64,000 nucleotides of DNA, from positions 11,594,001-11,658,000 of the forward strand of contig CATNEN010000003.1 of the NCBI GenBank assembly GCA_950097015.1. The letters are read 5' to 3'. Both the position numbers and the translations under genes were made by a program. The DNA comes from Macrostomum hystrix. Taxonomy: Eukaryota > Animalia > Platyhelminthes. Below the pieces are notes generated by a model. The model was given only the letters and a program-made list of their open reading frames with translations, ran no database searches and had not been told where the DNA came from. Below are positions 39,870 through 50,929 of this stretch, piece after piece; the first letter of the stretch is position 1; every line of letters starts with the position of its first letter.

Positions 39870-40912
39870 CCCAAACTTATAATATTGCATTCCAAACCTG
39901 TTCTATTGCATCCCAAAACTTTAATATTGCTTCCCTGACATGTAATCTAGAATTCAACGCATGAAAAAATTGCATCCCAAGCTGTAATATTGCATCCCAA
40001 TCTGTAATATTGCATCCCAATCTGTAATATTGCATCCCAATCTGTAATATTGTATCCCAATCTGTAATATTGCATCCCAATCTGTAATATTGTATCACAA
40101 GCTGTAATATTGCATCCCAATCTGTAATATTGCATCCCAATCTGTAATATTGCATCCCAATCTGTAATATTGCATCCCAATCTGTAATATTGCATCCCAA
40201 TCTGTAATATTGCATCCCAAGCTGTAATATTGCATCCCAAAACTGTAATATTGTTTCCTGACATGTAATATTGAACGGGACACATGTAATATTGCATCTC
40301 AAACCTGTAATATTGCATCCCAAAACTGTAATATTGCATCACAAGCTGTACTATTGCATCCCAAAACTGTAATATTGTTTCCTGACATGTAATATTGAAC
40401 GGGACACATGTAATATTGCATCTCAAACCTGTAATATTGCATCCCAAAACTGTACTATTGCATCCCAAGCTGTAATATTGCATCCCAAGCTGTAATATTG
40501 TATCACAAGCTGTTCTATTGCATCCCAAAACTGTAATATTGCTTCCCTGACATGTAATATTGAATCGGACACATGTAATATTGCATCCCAATCTGTAATA
40601 TTGCATCCCAATCTGTAATATTGTATCACAAGCTGTAATATTGCATCCCAATCTGTAATATTGCATCCCAATCTGTAATATTGCATCTCAAACCTGTAAT
40701 ATTGCATCCCAAGCTGTAATATTGCATCCCAATCTGTAATATTGCATCCCAATCTGTAATATTGCATCCCAATCTGTAATATTGCATCCCAATCTGTAAT
40801 ATTGCATCCCAATCTGTAATATTGCATCACAAGCTGTAATATTGCATCCCAAGCTGTAATATTGCATCTCAAACCTGTAATATTGCATCCCAAGCTGTAA
40901 TATTGCATCCCA
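39870..40912. repeat. 20-bp minisatellite (tgcatcccaatctgtaatat) in intron 1 of the ankyrin-cGLR gene
   Basis: Visible array. It explains the MQYYRLGCNITDWDAILQ ORFs. Confidence 0.95.
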
Positions 40913-41893
40913 AGGAATAACATTGAATCTCTAACCAAGGACCACTGGAATACGTCGTTCTAGTATAGTAGTCCTTGTCCCTAACCTGTAGTATTACATC
41001 CCAAACCTGTAATTTTTTCCTCCAAAATCAAATCCCACATTCATAAACTGAGACTTAGGATAAATTCTTAAACTGGAGCCCATTCCGCTGTATTGGCAAC
41101 TAAGCATGTTGAACAAGTTGAAAGATTATTAGCTCGTATTCAATTAAATAAAAACTGAAATTCTTTAAAAAATGTTTTTTCACGAGGTTTTTACAGATTT
41201 TTACAAGGGGATAGCAGAGCACCTTTTTCTTCACGGATTTTGTGACTGTGTCCAACTGGAGGTGGATCAACTCAAGGCTTATCAAGGCTCATCTATTAGC
41301 ATTAGTTTCCGTATTTCTTCGATTTCTTTCAAGCTGAATTTGTCAACATTCGATTCGACATTTTTCATTTTTCAATTCTGTAGCAAAAATATGTTAAGCT
41401 CTTGAGAACGAAACCGCTCGGAAATTAGACTTTTGTCTTCTTTGTTTAATAATCAAATTAATTAAATACATTAATAAAATAAGTTTCTTATATTTATCTT
41501 TAGCCTTACGATTTATTTATCAGTACATACAACATACCCTGCTAATGTTACGAGTAATAATGGTACGCTCGTATGAAGATCAACTTTTCAGGACACAAGC
41601 TTATATAGTTCATAGCAGCAACATATGTAATAATACCAAAAGAAGAGCTTTGGATCTGCTTTAAATAAGAACGGTTACCATTAAAATTTTAGGGTGAAAA
41701 ACTGAAGTGTATCTCCGTAGTGTATACATTTATTTTTAATCTACAATAACTGACTGACGCACAATCAGTTTGCAACATCGGTTCTCAGATTTCGAATCTA
41801 ATAGCTCAGAGCACGCTGGCTGCGAATTGATTTTCAAAATGTCTCTGAAAACGGATTGCTCAGGTCAGTTTTACAGGAAACAGGAGCTCCTAC

Positions 41894-43866
41894 CTGTTCT
41901 GCTTCTCAGGCAAAGGCGCGGAGGATCCACGGCTCAGCAGGTCAACCACTCGGTCATGGCCGACTTTCGTGGCGATTCGCAGAGCAGCTTCCAGCAAGTC
42001 CGGGCGCTGAACGACTTTCATGAGTGACTCGACAACACGGAGGTGGCCGTTCTGTGATGCAATGTAGAGAGGTGAGGAACCATCGAATGCTTGAAGATTG
42101 ACGTCGGCTCGTGCTTTGATGAGTGAGTCGACCACCTCCTTATGGCCATTTTGTGATGCAATGTACAGAGGTGAGCAGCCATCGACTCCTTGAAGATTGA
42201 CGTCGGCTCGTGCATTGATGAGTGATTCGACCACCTCCTTATGGCCATTTTGTGATGCAATGTAGAGAGGTGAGGAGCCAGTTTTTCTTTGAAGATTGAC
42301 GTCGGCTCGTGCTTTGATGAGTGAGTCCACCACCTCCTTATGGCCATTTTGTGATGCAATGTAGAGAGGTGAGCAGCCCTCGAATGCTTGAAGATTGACG
42401 TCGGCTCGTGCTTTGATGAGTGAGTCCACCACCTCCTTATGGCCATTTTGTGATGCAATGTAGAGAGGTGAGGAGCCCTCGAATGCTTGAAGATTGACGT
42501 CGGCTCGTGCTTTGATGAGTGAGTCCACCACCTCCTTATGGCCATTGCAGGATGCAATGTAGAGAGGTGAGTAGCCAGTATTTGCTTGAAGATTGACGTC
42601 GGCTCGTGCTTTGATGAGTGATTCGACCACCTCCTTATGGCCATTTTGTGATGCAATGTAGAGAGGTGAGGAGCCAGCTTTTCTTTGAAGATTGACGTCG
42701 GCTCGTGCTTTGATGAGTGATTCGACCACCTCCTTATGGCCATTTTGTGATGCAATGTAGAGAGGTGAGGAGCCAGCTTTTCTTTGAAGATTGACGTCGG
42801 CTCGTGCTTTGATGAGTGATTCGACCACCTCCTTATGGCCATTTTGTGATGCAATGTAGAGAGGTGAGGAGCCATCGACTTCTTGAAGATTGACGTCGGC
42901 TCGTGCTTTGATGAGTGATTCGACCACCTCCTTATGGCCATTTTGTGATGCAATGTAGAGAGGTGAGCAGCCATCGACTTCTTGAAGATTGACGTCGGCT
43001 CGTGCATTGATGAGTGATTCGACCACCTCCTTATGGCCATTTTGTGATGCAATGTAGAGAGGTGAGGAGCCAGTTTTTCTTTGAAGATTGACGTCGGCTC
43101 GTGCATTGATGAGTGATTCGACCACCTCCTTATGGCCTTGCTGTGATGCAATGTAGAGAGGTGAGCAGCCAGTATTTCTTTGAAGATTGACGTCGGCTCG
43201 TGCATTGATGAGTGATTCGACCACCTCCTTATGGCCATTTTGTGATGCAATGTAGAGAGGTGAGGAGCCATCGACTTCTTGAAGATTGACGTCGGCTCGT
43301 GCATTGATGAGTGAGTCGACCACCTCCTTATGGCCTGCAAGTGATGCAATGAAGAGAGGTGAGCAGCCAGTATTTGTTTGAAGATTGACGTCGGCTCGTG
43401 CATTGATGAGTGAGTCGACCACCTCCTTATGGCCTGCAAGTGATGCAATGAAGAGAGGTGAGCAGCCAGTATTTGTTTGAAGATTGACGTCGGCTCGTGC
43501 TTTGATGAGTGATTTCACCAGTCGGAGGTGACCATATGCAGATGCAATCCACAATGCCGTCTCCCCTCTCCAGTTCTGCTTGTCTACATCCGCAATGGCT
43601 CGGATGAGTCTCACGAGAATTTCATGCCTTCCTAATCGGCAAGCGAGCATTGCTGGAGTATAAAATGAGCCTGCAAAGGCGATGAAGGCATCGAGGCTCC
43701 CGCCGCTGACAATGAAACGCTCAACGACCTCCACTCGGTCATCTCTGATGGCTGCCAGCAGCTCCTCGTCGGTGAGTTCTTCTGCGTCTTCTCGCTGCTG
43801 TGAGGAATGAACTGAGTTCATCAGGTACACCAGGACAGCCGTGAGTATTCTCAGCAAGGGAAACAT
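41894..43866 (-). CDS. Ankyrin-cGLR gene exon 1: ~18 ankyrin repeats (15 near-identical 33-aa/99-bp units); read unspliced it is a 658-aa ankyrin-only ORF ending at 41890
   Basis: Repeated G-x-SPLYIAS-x-x-GHKEVV-x-SLI-x-ARADVNLQ. The ORF stop lies inside a donor, AAC AG|GTAGGA (41894/41893, phase 2), which joins in frame to 39495. Confidence 0.9.
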
Positions 43867-43996
43867 TTTGCAGGTGTCTGTTTGTGAGTTGGGAAAGTGG
43901 CAAATGAGGTCGAGTAGGTCAGCTCAGCCTTTGGCTTGAGACTTTGCTTTTGCTGTCCGCTGCAGCCAACCAGAAGCGTTCTTTGCTGCTGGAGTC

Positions 43997-46900
43997 TCAT
44001 TGGCTGCTGAGCTGCTCAGAGAAGAGAAGACGAGAAGAGAAGAGGAGAAGAGAAGATAAGAGAAAAGAAGAGAAGAGAAGAAGAGAAGAGAAGAGAAGAG
44101 GAGAGAAGAGGAGAAGAGGAGAGAAGAGAAGAGAAGAGAAGAGAAGAAGAGAAGAGAAGAGAAGAGAAGAGAAGAGAAGAGAAGAAGAGAAGAGGAGAGA
44201 AGAGGAGAAGAGAAGAGAAGAGGAGAAGAGGAGAGGAGAGAAGAGAAGAGAAGAGAAGAGAAGAAGAGAAGAGAAGAGAAGAGAAGAGAAAAGAAAAGAA
44301 GAGGAGAAGAGAAAAGGAGAGAAGAGGAGAAGAGAAGAGAAGAGAAGAGAAGAGGAGAAGAGAAGAGAAGAGAAGAAGAGAAGAGAAGAGGAGAAGAGAA
44401 GAGAAGAGGAGAAGAGAAGAGAAGAGAACAGAAGAGAAGAGAAGAGAAGAAGAGAAGAGAAGAGAAGAGAAAAGAAAAGAAGAGAAGAAGAGAAGAGAAG
44501 AGAAGAGGAGAAGAGGAGAGGAGAGAAGAGAAGAGAAGAGAAGAGAAGAAGAGAAGAGAAGAGAAGAGAAGAGAAGAGAAGAAGAGAAGAGAAGAGAAGA
44601 GAAAAGAAGAGAAGAGAAGAGAAAAGAAGAGAAGAGAAGAGAAGAGAAGAGAAGAGAAGAAGAGAAGAGGAGAGAAGAGAAGAAGAGAAGAGAAGAGAAG
44701 AGAAGAGAAGAGGAGAGGAGAAGAGAAGAGAAGAGGAGAAGAGGAGAAGAGAAGAGAAGAGAAGAGAAGAAGAGAAGAGAAGAGAAGAGAAGAGAAGAGA
44801 AGAAGAGAAGAGAAGAGGATAAGAGAAGAGAAGAGAAAAGAAGAGAAGAGAAGAAGAGAAGAGGAGAGAAGAGGAGAAGAGAAGAGAAGAGGAGAAGAGG
44901 AGAAGAGAAGAGAAGAGAAGAGAAGAGGAGAAGAGAAGAGAAGAGAAAAGAAGAGAAGAGAAGAAGAGAAGAGAAGAGAAGAGGAGAAGAGAAGAGGAGA
45001 AGAGAAGAGGAGAAGAGAAGAGAAGAGGAGAAGAGAATAGAAGAGAAAAGAAGAGAAGAGAAGAAGAGAAGAGGAGAAGAGAAGAGAAGAGAAGAGGAGA
45101 AGAGGAGAGGAGAGAAGAGAAGAGAAAAGAAAAGAAGAGGAGAAGAGAAAAGGAGAGAAGAGGAGAAGAGAAGAGAAGAGAAGAAGAGAAGAGAAGATAA
45201 GAGAAGAGAAGAGGAGAAGAGAAGAGAAGAGGAGAAGAGAAGAGAAGAGGAGAAGAGAGGAGAAGAGAAGAGAAGAGAAGAGAAGAGAAGAAGAGAAGAG
45301 AAGAGAAGAGAAGAGGAGAAGAGAAGAGAAGAGAAGGGAAGAGAAGAGAAGAAGAGAAGAGAAGAGAAGAGAAGAGAAGAGAAGAGAAGAGAAGAGAAGA
45401 GAAGAGGAGAAGAGAAGAGAAGAGAAGGGAAGAGAAGAGAAGAAGAGAAGAGAAGAGAAGAGAAGAGAAGAAGAGAAGAGAAGAGAAGAGAAGAGAAGAG
45501 AAGAGAAGAAGAGAAGAGGAGAGAAGAGGAGAAGAGAAGAGAAGAGGAGAAGAGGAGAGGAGAGAAGAGAAGAGAAGAGAAGAGAAGAAGAGAAGAGAAG
45601 AGAAGAGAAGAGAAAAGAAAAGAAGAGGAGAAGAGAAAAGGAGAGAAGAGGAGAAGAGAAGAGAAGAGAAGAGAAGAGGAGAAGAGAAGAGAAGAGAAGA
45701 AGAGAAGAGAAGAGGAGAAGAGAAGAGAAGAGGAGAAGAGAAGAGAAGAGAACAGAAGAGAAGAGAAGAGAAGAAGAGAAGAGAAGAGGAGAAGAGAAGA
45801 GAAGAGAAAAGAAGAGAAGAGAAGAAGAGAAGAGGAGAGAAGAGGAGAAGAGAAGAGAAGAGGAGAAGAGGAGAAGAGAAGAGAAGAGGAGAAGAGGAGA
45901 AGAGAAGAGAAGAGAAGAGAAGAAGAGAAGAGAAGAGGAGAAGAGAAGAGAAGAGAAGAAGAGAAGAGAAGAGAAGAGGAGAAGAGAAGAGGAGAAGAGA
46001 AGAGGAGAAGAGAAGAGAAGAGGAGAAGAGAATAGAAGAGAAAAGAAGAGAAGAGAAGAAGAGAAGAGAAGAGAAGAGAAGAGGAGAAGAGGAGAGGAGA
46101 GAAGAGAAGAGAAAAGAAAAGAAGAGGAGAAGAGAAAAGGAGAGAAGAGGAGAAGAGAAGAGAAGAGAAGAGAAGAGGAGAAGAGAAGAGAAGAGAAGAA
46201 GAGAAGAGAAGAGAAGAGAAGAGAAGAGGAGAAGAGAAGAGAAGAGGAGAAGAGAAGAGAAGAGGAGAAGAGAAGAGAAGAGAACAGAAGAGAAGAGAAG
46301 AGAAGAAGAGAAGAGAAGAGAAGAGAAGAGAAGAGAAGAGAAGAGAAGAGGATAAGAGAAGAGAAGAGAAGAGAAGAGAAGAAGAGAAGAGAAGAGAAGA
46401 GAAGAGAAGAGAAGAGAAGAGGAGAAGAGAAGAGAAGAAGAGACGAGACGAGAAGAGAAGAGGAGAAGAGGAGAAGAGGAGAAGAGAAGAAAGGAAAAGA
46501 AGAGGAGAAGAGGAGTGATTCTTCTGCGCAGCCGCCGCAGCAGCTCCAGATCTCCGCAGATCGCCGCAGCAACCAGCAGCTCCTGCTTATCCGCATCCTC
46601 CGTCTGAGCCACATCCCGTATCCAGTCCTGATCGCTCCCGTCTCCTGCTGCTGTCAGATAATTGCGAAGAGCCCGCAGCAGAGCGTCAAAGTTCAGGTAG
46701 AAGTAGTTGCCGTAGTTCTTCATCTGAGACAGAAAGCAGCCGGCAAAGACTTCGTGTTCAATCGGCAGCTTCGGTCGCTTGTAAAACTCGAAGCAAAATT
46801 TCCAGGCGGAGTCTCGGCTCCTCAGGTGCTGCCACACAAAGTCCGCAGTGGCCTCACTTGCCGACCTCTCAGCCCCCCAATCGATGCCTCTGCTCGCACT

Positions 46901-47965
46901 GAACGGCCCGCAGTCGCTCACAACTCTCCGGCTTCCGAGATTCTCCGGCTTCCACTGCTCAGCCGGTGTCTCCTCCAGCATTCGGAACGTGACGGTCTTT
47001 GCGTGATAGGACTTGAAGCCGACGTTTGAGATCTTCTTCTTCAGCAGCCACTTGAGTGTGACGAACAGCTGGCCTTGCACAGTGCTGAGACTCCGCAGCA
47101 GTCGCCTCTCCAGGAAGCTGCTGCTCACTCGGAGCTGCTGGCCTCCATTCCGGGAGGAGCTGCGTGCACCACGTGACAGGGCGATGAGGCAGAGGTGAGG
47201 TCTCGCCTGAGCGACTGCAGCACGGACTGGGGGATGTTGGAGTTGGAGACTCTTGGTGGCGGCGGGCGTCGACTCGGTCCACAGCCGGTCTCAGGGCCCA
47301 GCCTCTTTGAGTCCAGGCTGGGTTGGAGGCTGGAGAAATGGGAAATGCGAGAAACATTGCAAATGCCATCAGATTTCAATTAGAAACAAAACTAATTTTC
47401 AATTGTATTTCATGTCTGTTGTCTGATGTAAAGAAATAGAAATCAAACAAAATTTAGAAACTTTTGCCCTTTCTCAAAGAGGGACAAAGAGCAACTCGAA
47501 TGAATCGTCTGGGCTCCCCGAAGATGGGCAACCATTGCTAGTTAAATAACAGTTTATAGCTAATGTGCAGGATTCATGCAAAGTGGCACGAGCAACAACT
47601 CCTGTCAATGAGTGATTTAAGTGCAACAAAGAATATGATATTAGATTTTGGCGTATAAAAATCAATAAGTACAATGAATGAATATAGTATCATTATTCAC
47701 TGAGTTCACTGAGCGATGAGCACTAAGCCTCTGTTTGGTTCCCAGAGGAAGCGCGCCGAAAGAAAAATCACACTTTATTTGCGAAATTTCTTGCTCTGGC
47801 TCGGATTTTTAAATCTGGACTGAACATTTGCTTGTTTTCCTTGTTTGTTGTTTGCTTTAGAAAGCCAAAGAAGATGAGCAAGCCAAACATATGCTCAATT
47901 CTTGTCCCAGCCATTCCGACAGTCTCTGGCAGGAAATTCTCACCGAATCCGGAGCTCAGGATGTG
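43997..47965 (-). pseudogene. Degenerate tandem paralog of the cGLR (Mab-21) gene
   Basis: 46515-47329 is highly similar to 36440-37806 but has a ~520-bp internal deletion, small frameshifting indels and the (GAAGA)n interruption. 47700-47965 matches 38890-39166 but keeps only ~22 bp of the catalytic exon, so the GS/DxD motif is lost. Confidence 0.85.
44020..46514. repeat. ~2.5 kb (GAAGA)n polypurine microsatellite
   Basis: Almost pure A/G sequence built from gaaga and gagaa units. Confidence 0.97.
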
Positions 47966-50318
47966 TAAGGCGTAAAGTGCAGAGTATGTCACAATGTACC
48001 CGACACACAATGTATTCAGTAATTCAGTGGTTTGCAAAATGTACTAATACTTTAAACATTGCTACAATAAGCCGAACAATATATAAATGTCACAACTTTT
48101 TCCCAATTTTTTAATTAAGCCATAGCTGTGCCAGTGGGATCAAAAAAACGAAATATTCTATATTTCATACATTCATATTTTATGTTCATCTTCTCGGCTC
48201 TAGCGTAGTTTGATCAAATTTTCTAATCGTTTTTATTGGCCTAGCAGCAGCGTCCAAATTTAGCTTTTTTGCGTCTCTGTTTTGGACGAGGCAAAGTTAT
48301 TGCATTATCTAATTAGTCGCCAATTCGTGGCTTAGAATGTCAGGAGAACACGGATTTTATAAAAATAAGGTAACCACATTGCGATCTAATACAAATTATC
48401 AATACTGGTCCCGTTGAAAGTGACAGCCTTTTGTTGCTATATTTAGAAAATGGCGGGGAACCCCTTTTAAAACCACTCGAGCCACATTGCGCGTGAACTA
48501 ATGTAGCCAATGAAATTTTGACAAAATTTTAGCCAACTGACAATACTCGCCCTCGCCCTGTCCATCGACTAGACGCGTCGCGATTCGCCGTCGCCGCCTA
48601 GGGCCGCGCCGCCGCAGCCGGCAGCTGCCACCGTCGCCGCTGTCGCCTTCGAAGACGCCGGCTACGACTACGCTGACGGCTACGGCTACGGCCAGACAGA
48701 CGGTGGCGTTTCTCAACCCGGCCGCGGCGGGCAAACCGCTGCCCATCAGCCGAGAGACCACCGCGCGCGAACTGGCCCGCCGTGCCTACATGCGGGGCCT
48801 GAATCCGTCTCACCATGGCGTTGCTATGGAAAATTATGAGGACGAAATGGCGTCAGCTGAGCTGGTTGCTAGGCATCCAGGTGTGCGGCCGGGGGTTGGA
48901 CGACCCACCAAGGGTGTCAAGGTGAGCCAATGGGGTCAATGGGATCAGTGGTGTTTGCAGAGCAGGGTTTTGGGGTGAGCATTTCTATATTTTGAGCTTG
49001 AATACGAATGATGTATAACTGTCAACAGCTGTTTTTCCGATAATGTATTATTACCAGGTCCCATGACATTGTCTCTAAAAATAGCATGTGCAATGATGAC
49101 TCATTTCTAAAAATTAACAGCTTTAACTGCGATTTCCCTGAACTATTACTTTCAGTAGTTCGTTGAGCATGCTGTATGATTTTAATACACTCTACAAACC
49201 CTGTACAGGTTTCATAAGGCCGTCAGCCGAGAAAAATATGACATGTGGATACGACTCAAAAAAATTCTACTTAACAACCGCTGATTGTGTCCTCAATGAG
49301 GCACGGAAAGGCTAAAATTTCACTATAGGGAATATATCGAGTTTCTTGCATTTAAACTATTTACCCTGGGCCCAGACTCGAACTTCAGACCTCTCGGCTT
49401 AGGAGTTCGAGGCTATGGCCAGTGAACTTGTGAAACATGTTGTGTGCGGTGAAAATATGCTTACTACTTCAATCCTTGAAGGTTGCTACTCTCGTCTTAT
49501 GAAGTTATCTTTGATTATCTACTTTGCTCTAATCAAATTCCTCATAAATTGCTTCCCAGGACCCCATATTTCATCCGGGACTGGTGAAGGACTCGCCGAC
49601 AGGCTATGAAAAAGTTGCTCTAGCTCTGAAAAGCAGAACTTTACGCTCATGTGACTGCAGTTTCCCTTCATTATTTTCGTAAGTTTTTAGAAACCACGAC
49701 ACGCGAGCTCATTAACTCTTTTCAGTGGCAAAAGTAATATGAATTTTTATTTACCACCTCTAAACAGTATGAAATTTGTTTTCTAAGCTTTTTAATACAT
49801 ATTATCGTCATGAACATTCCACTATTTTATTTTACGTGCAGTGCTTTTGTTAAAAATGTCTAACTAAATTACGTAAATTTCAAGCGAAGGCACTAAATAT
49901 AATTAGGAGTTTGCTAATCGTCTGTCCTAGTAAAATTACTAAATTAAAAGGCTATAATTATCAATGAAAATCATGTAACTATATTTTTAGTGCATGCGCT
50001 TTAATGCTACTCATTAAAATTGTAGGTAGAGTGTTGCGCAAATATTCTACCTTGTTGACTTCAGTTTTTGGTGCTGTCAAGTATGGGACGTATATTACAT
50101 AATAGGTATTTAGTTTTTTTCTTGAAAATTGAATGGAAATATTTATAATTGTGATTATGATAAGAATATTGACGACAAGCAAGAAAAAGTGTCGAGAATG
50201 CTTTGTGCTCGAGCATTTTGTGTATTTCACAGAGAATTAAATGAAAGCGGCAAATATACGTATTAAAAACTACAGACATTTTCGCAAAAACCACAGTATC
50301 ATCTCTGTTTTGGTGACT

Positions 50319-50356
50319 CTAAATGTCATTTCCACGCGGTGATTGACCAGTGGGAT
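50319..50356 (-). CDS. SLC1-family transporter, probable terminal exon
   Basis: Acceptor ccttttcag|AT, phase 1, giving DPTGQSPRGNDI*. Confidence 0.55.
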
Positions 50357-50594
50357 CTGAAAAGGTAATAGCAGGGGTTAAATGAAAGCATCAAAAAAAG
50401 TAAATAACTCTCGCTTCTCGAAATTAAATGTTTCTGATGTATTAAAAACTAATTGCTTAACTATTCTGCCAGACGAATAGTTAGATGAGACACATGTATA
50501 GTTTAATCTTATAAAAGATCCAAAGACTACACGATTTGCAAGAAGCTGTTAACTAATACTCTTATTTGAAAAGTACTCTTCCTTGTTAACTTAC

Positions 50595-50737
50595 CTTCGT
50601 CGATTTCTTTCAACCCTTCAGATATGCCGCTGTTGGGAATCTCCGAGGGGCTCTCTTCTTCAAATTTGCAAATGTGCTGCAGAATCGCTGCACAAAATAC
50701 ATTGCCCATGACATTGACGACTGTGCCGAATCTATCT
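50595..50737 (-). CDS. SLC1/EAAT-family transporter exon (TM8: DRFGTVVNVMGNVFCAAILQH)
   Basis: Acceptor aattgcag|A and donor G|GTAAGT. Aligns to EAAT DRLRTTTNVLGDSLGAGIVEH. Confidence 0.85.
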
Positions 50738-50929
50738 CTGCAATTTTGGGGGTTATAATTTGTGTAGACACGGTATAATTTACTCGATAGTCAGCTTTTG
50801 AGGTACGTGATTGTAGTGACCGCTTGTTACTAACACTGCAAGACAGATACCTACCAGTTGGACAGAGATTTTATCCATTCAGATTCGCTGAGATCCACGA
50901 GTTAGAAAAGAAATGCTACATTGCATAGA

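Noticed and set aside
39716-40938. ORFs with MQYYRLGCNITDWDAILQ repeats
   Set aside because: Translation of a 20-bp intronic minisatellite.
42018-43448. 476-aa alternative-frame ORF over the ankyrin exon
   Set aside because: A shadow frame of a 99-bp repeat that happens to lack stops. It has no independent features.
43924-47128. Long ORFs of 896, 1043 and 292 aa (LLFSS / EEKRR)
   Set aside because: These are translations of the (GAAGA)n microsatellite, which lacks stop codons. Only the pseudogene part has real homology.
49363-49430. tRNA-like sequence on the minus strand (cctaagcc...gttcgagtc B-box), with similar fragments at ~13312-13345 and ~38180-38210
   Set aside because: I could not build a complete cloverleaf. 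At most these are tRNA-derived SINE fragments.
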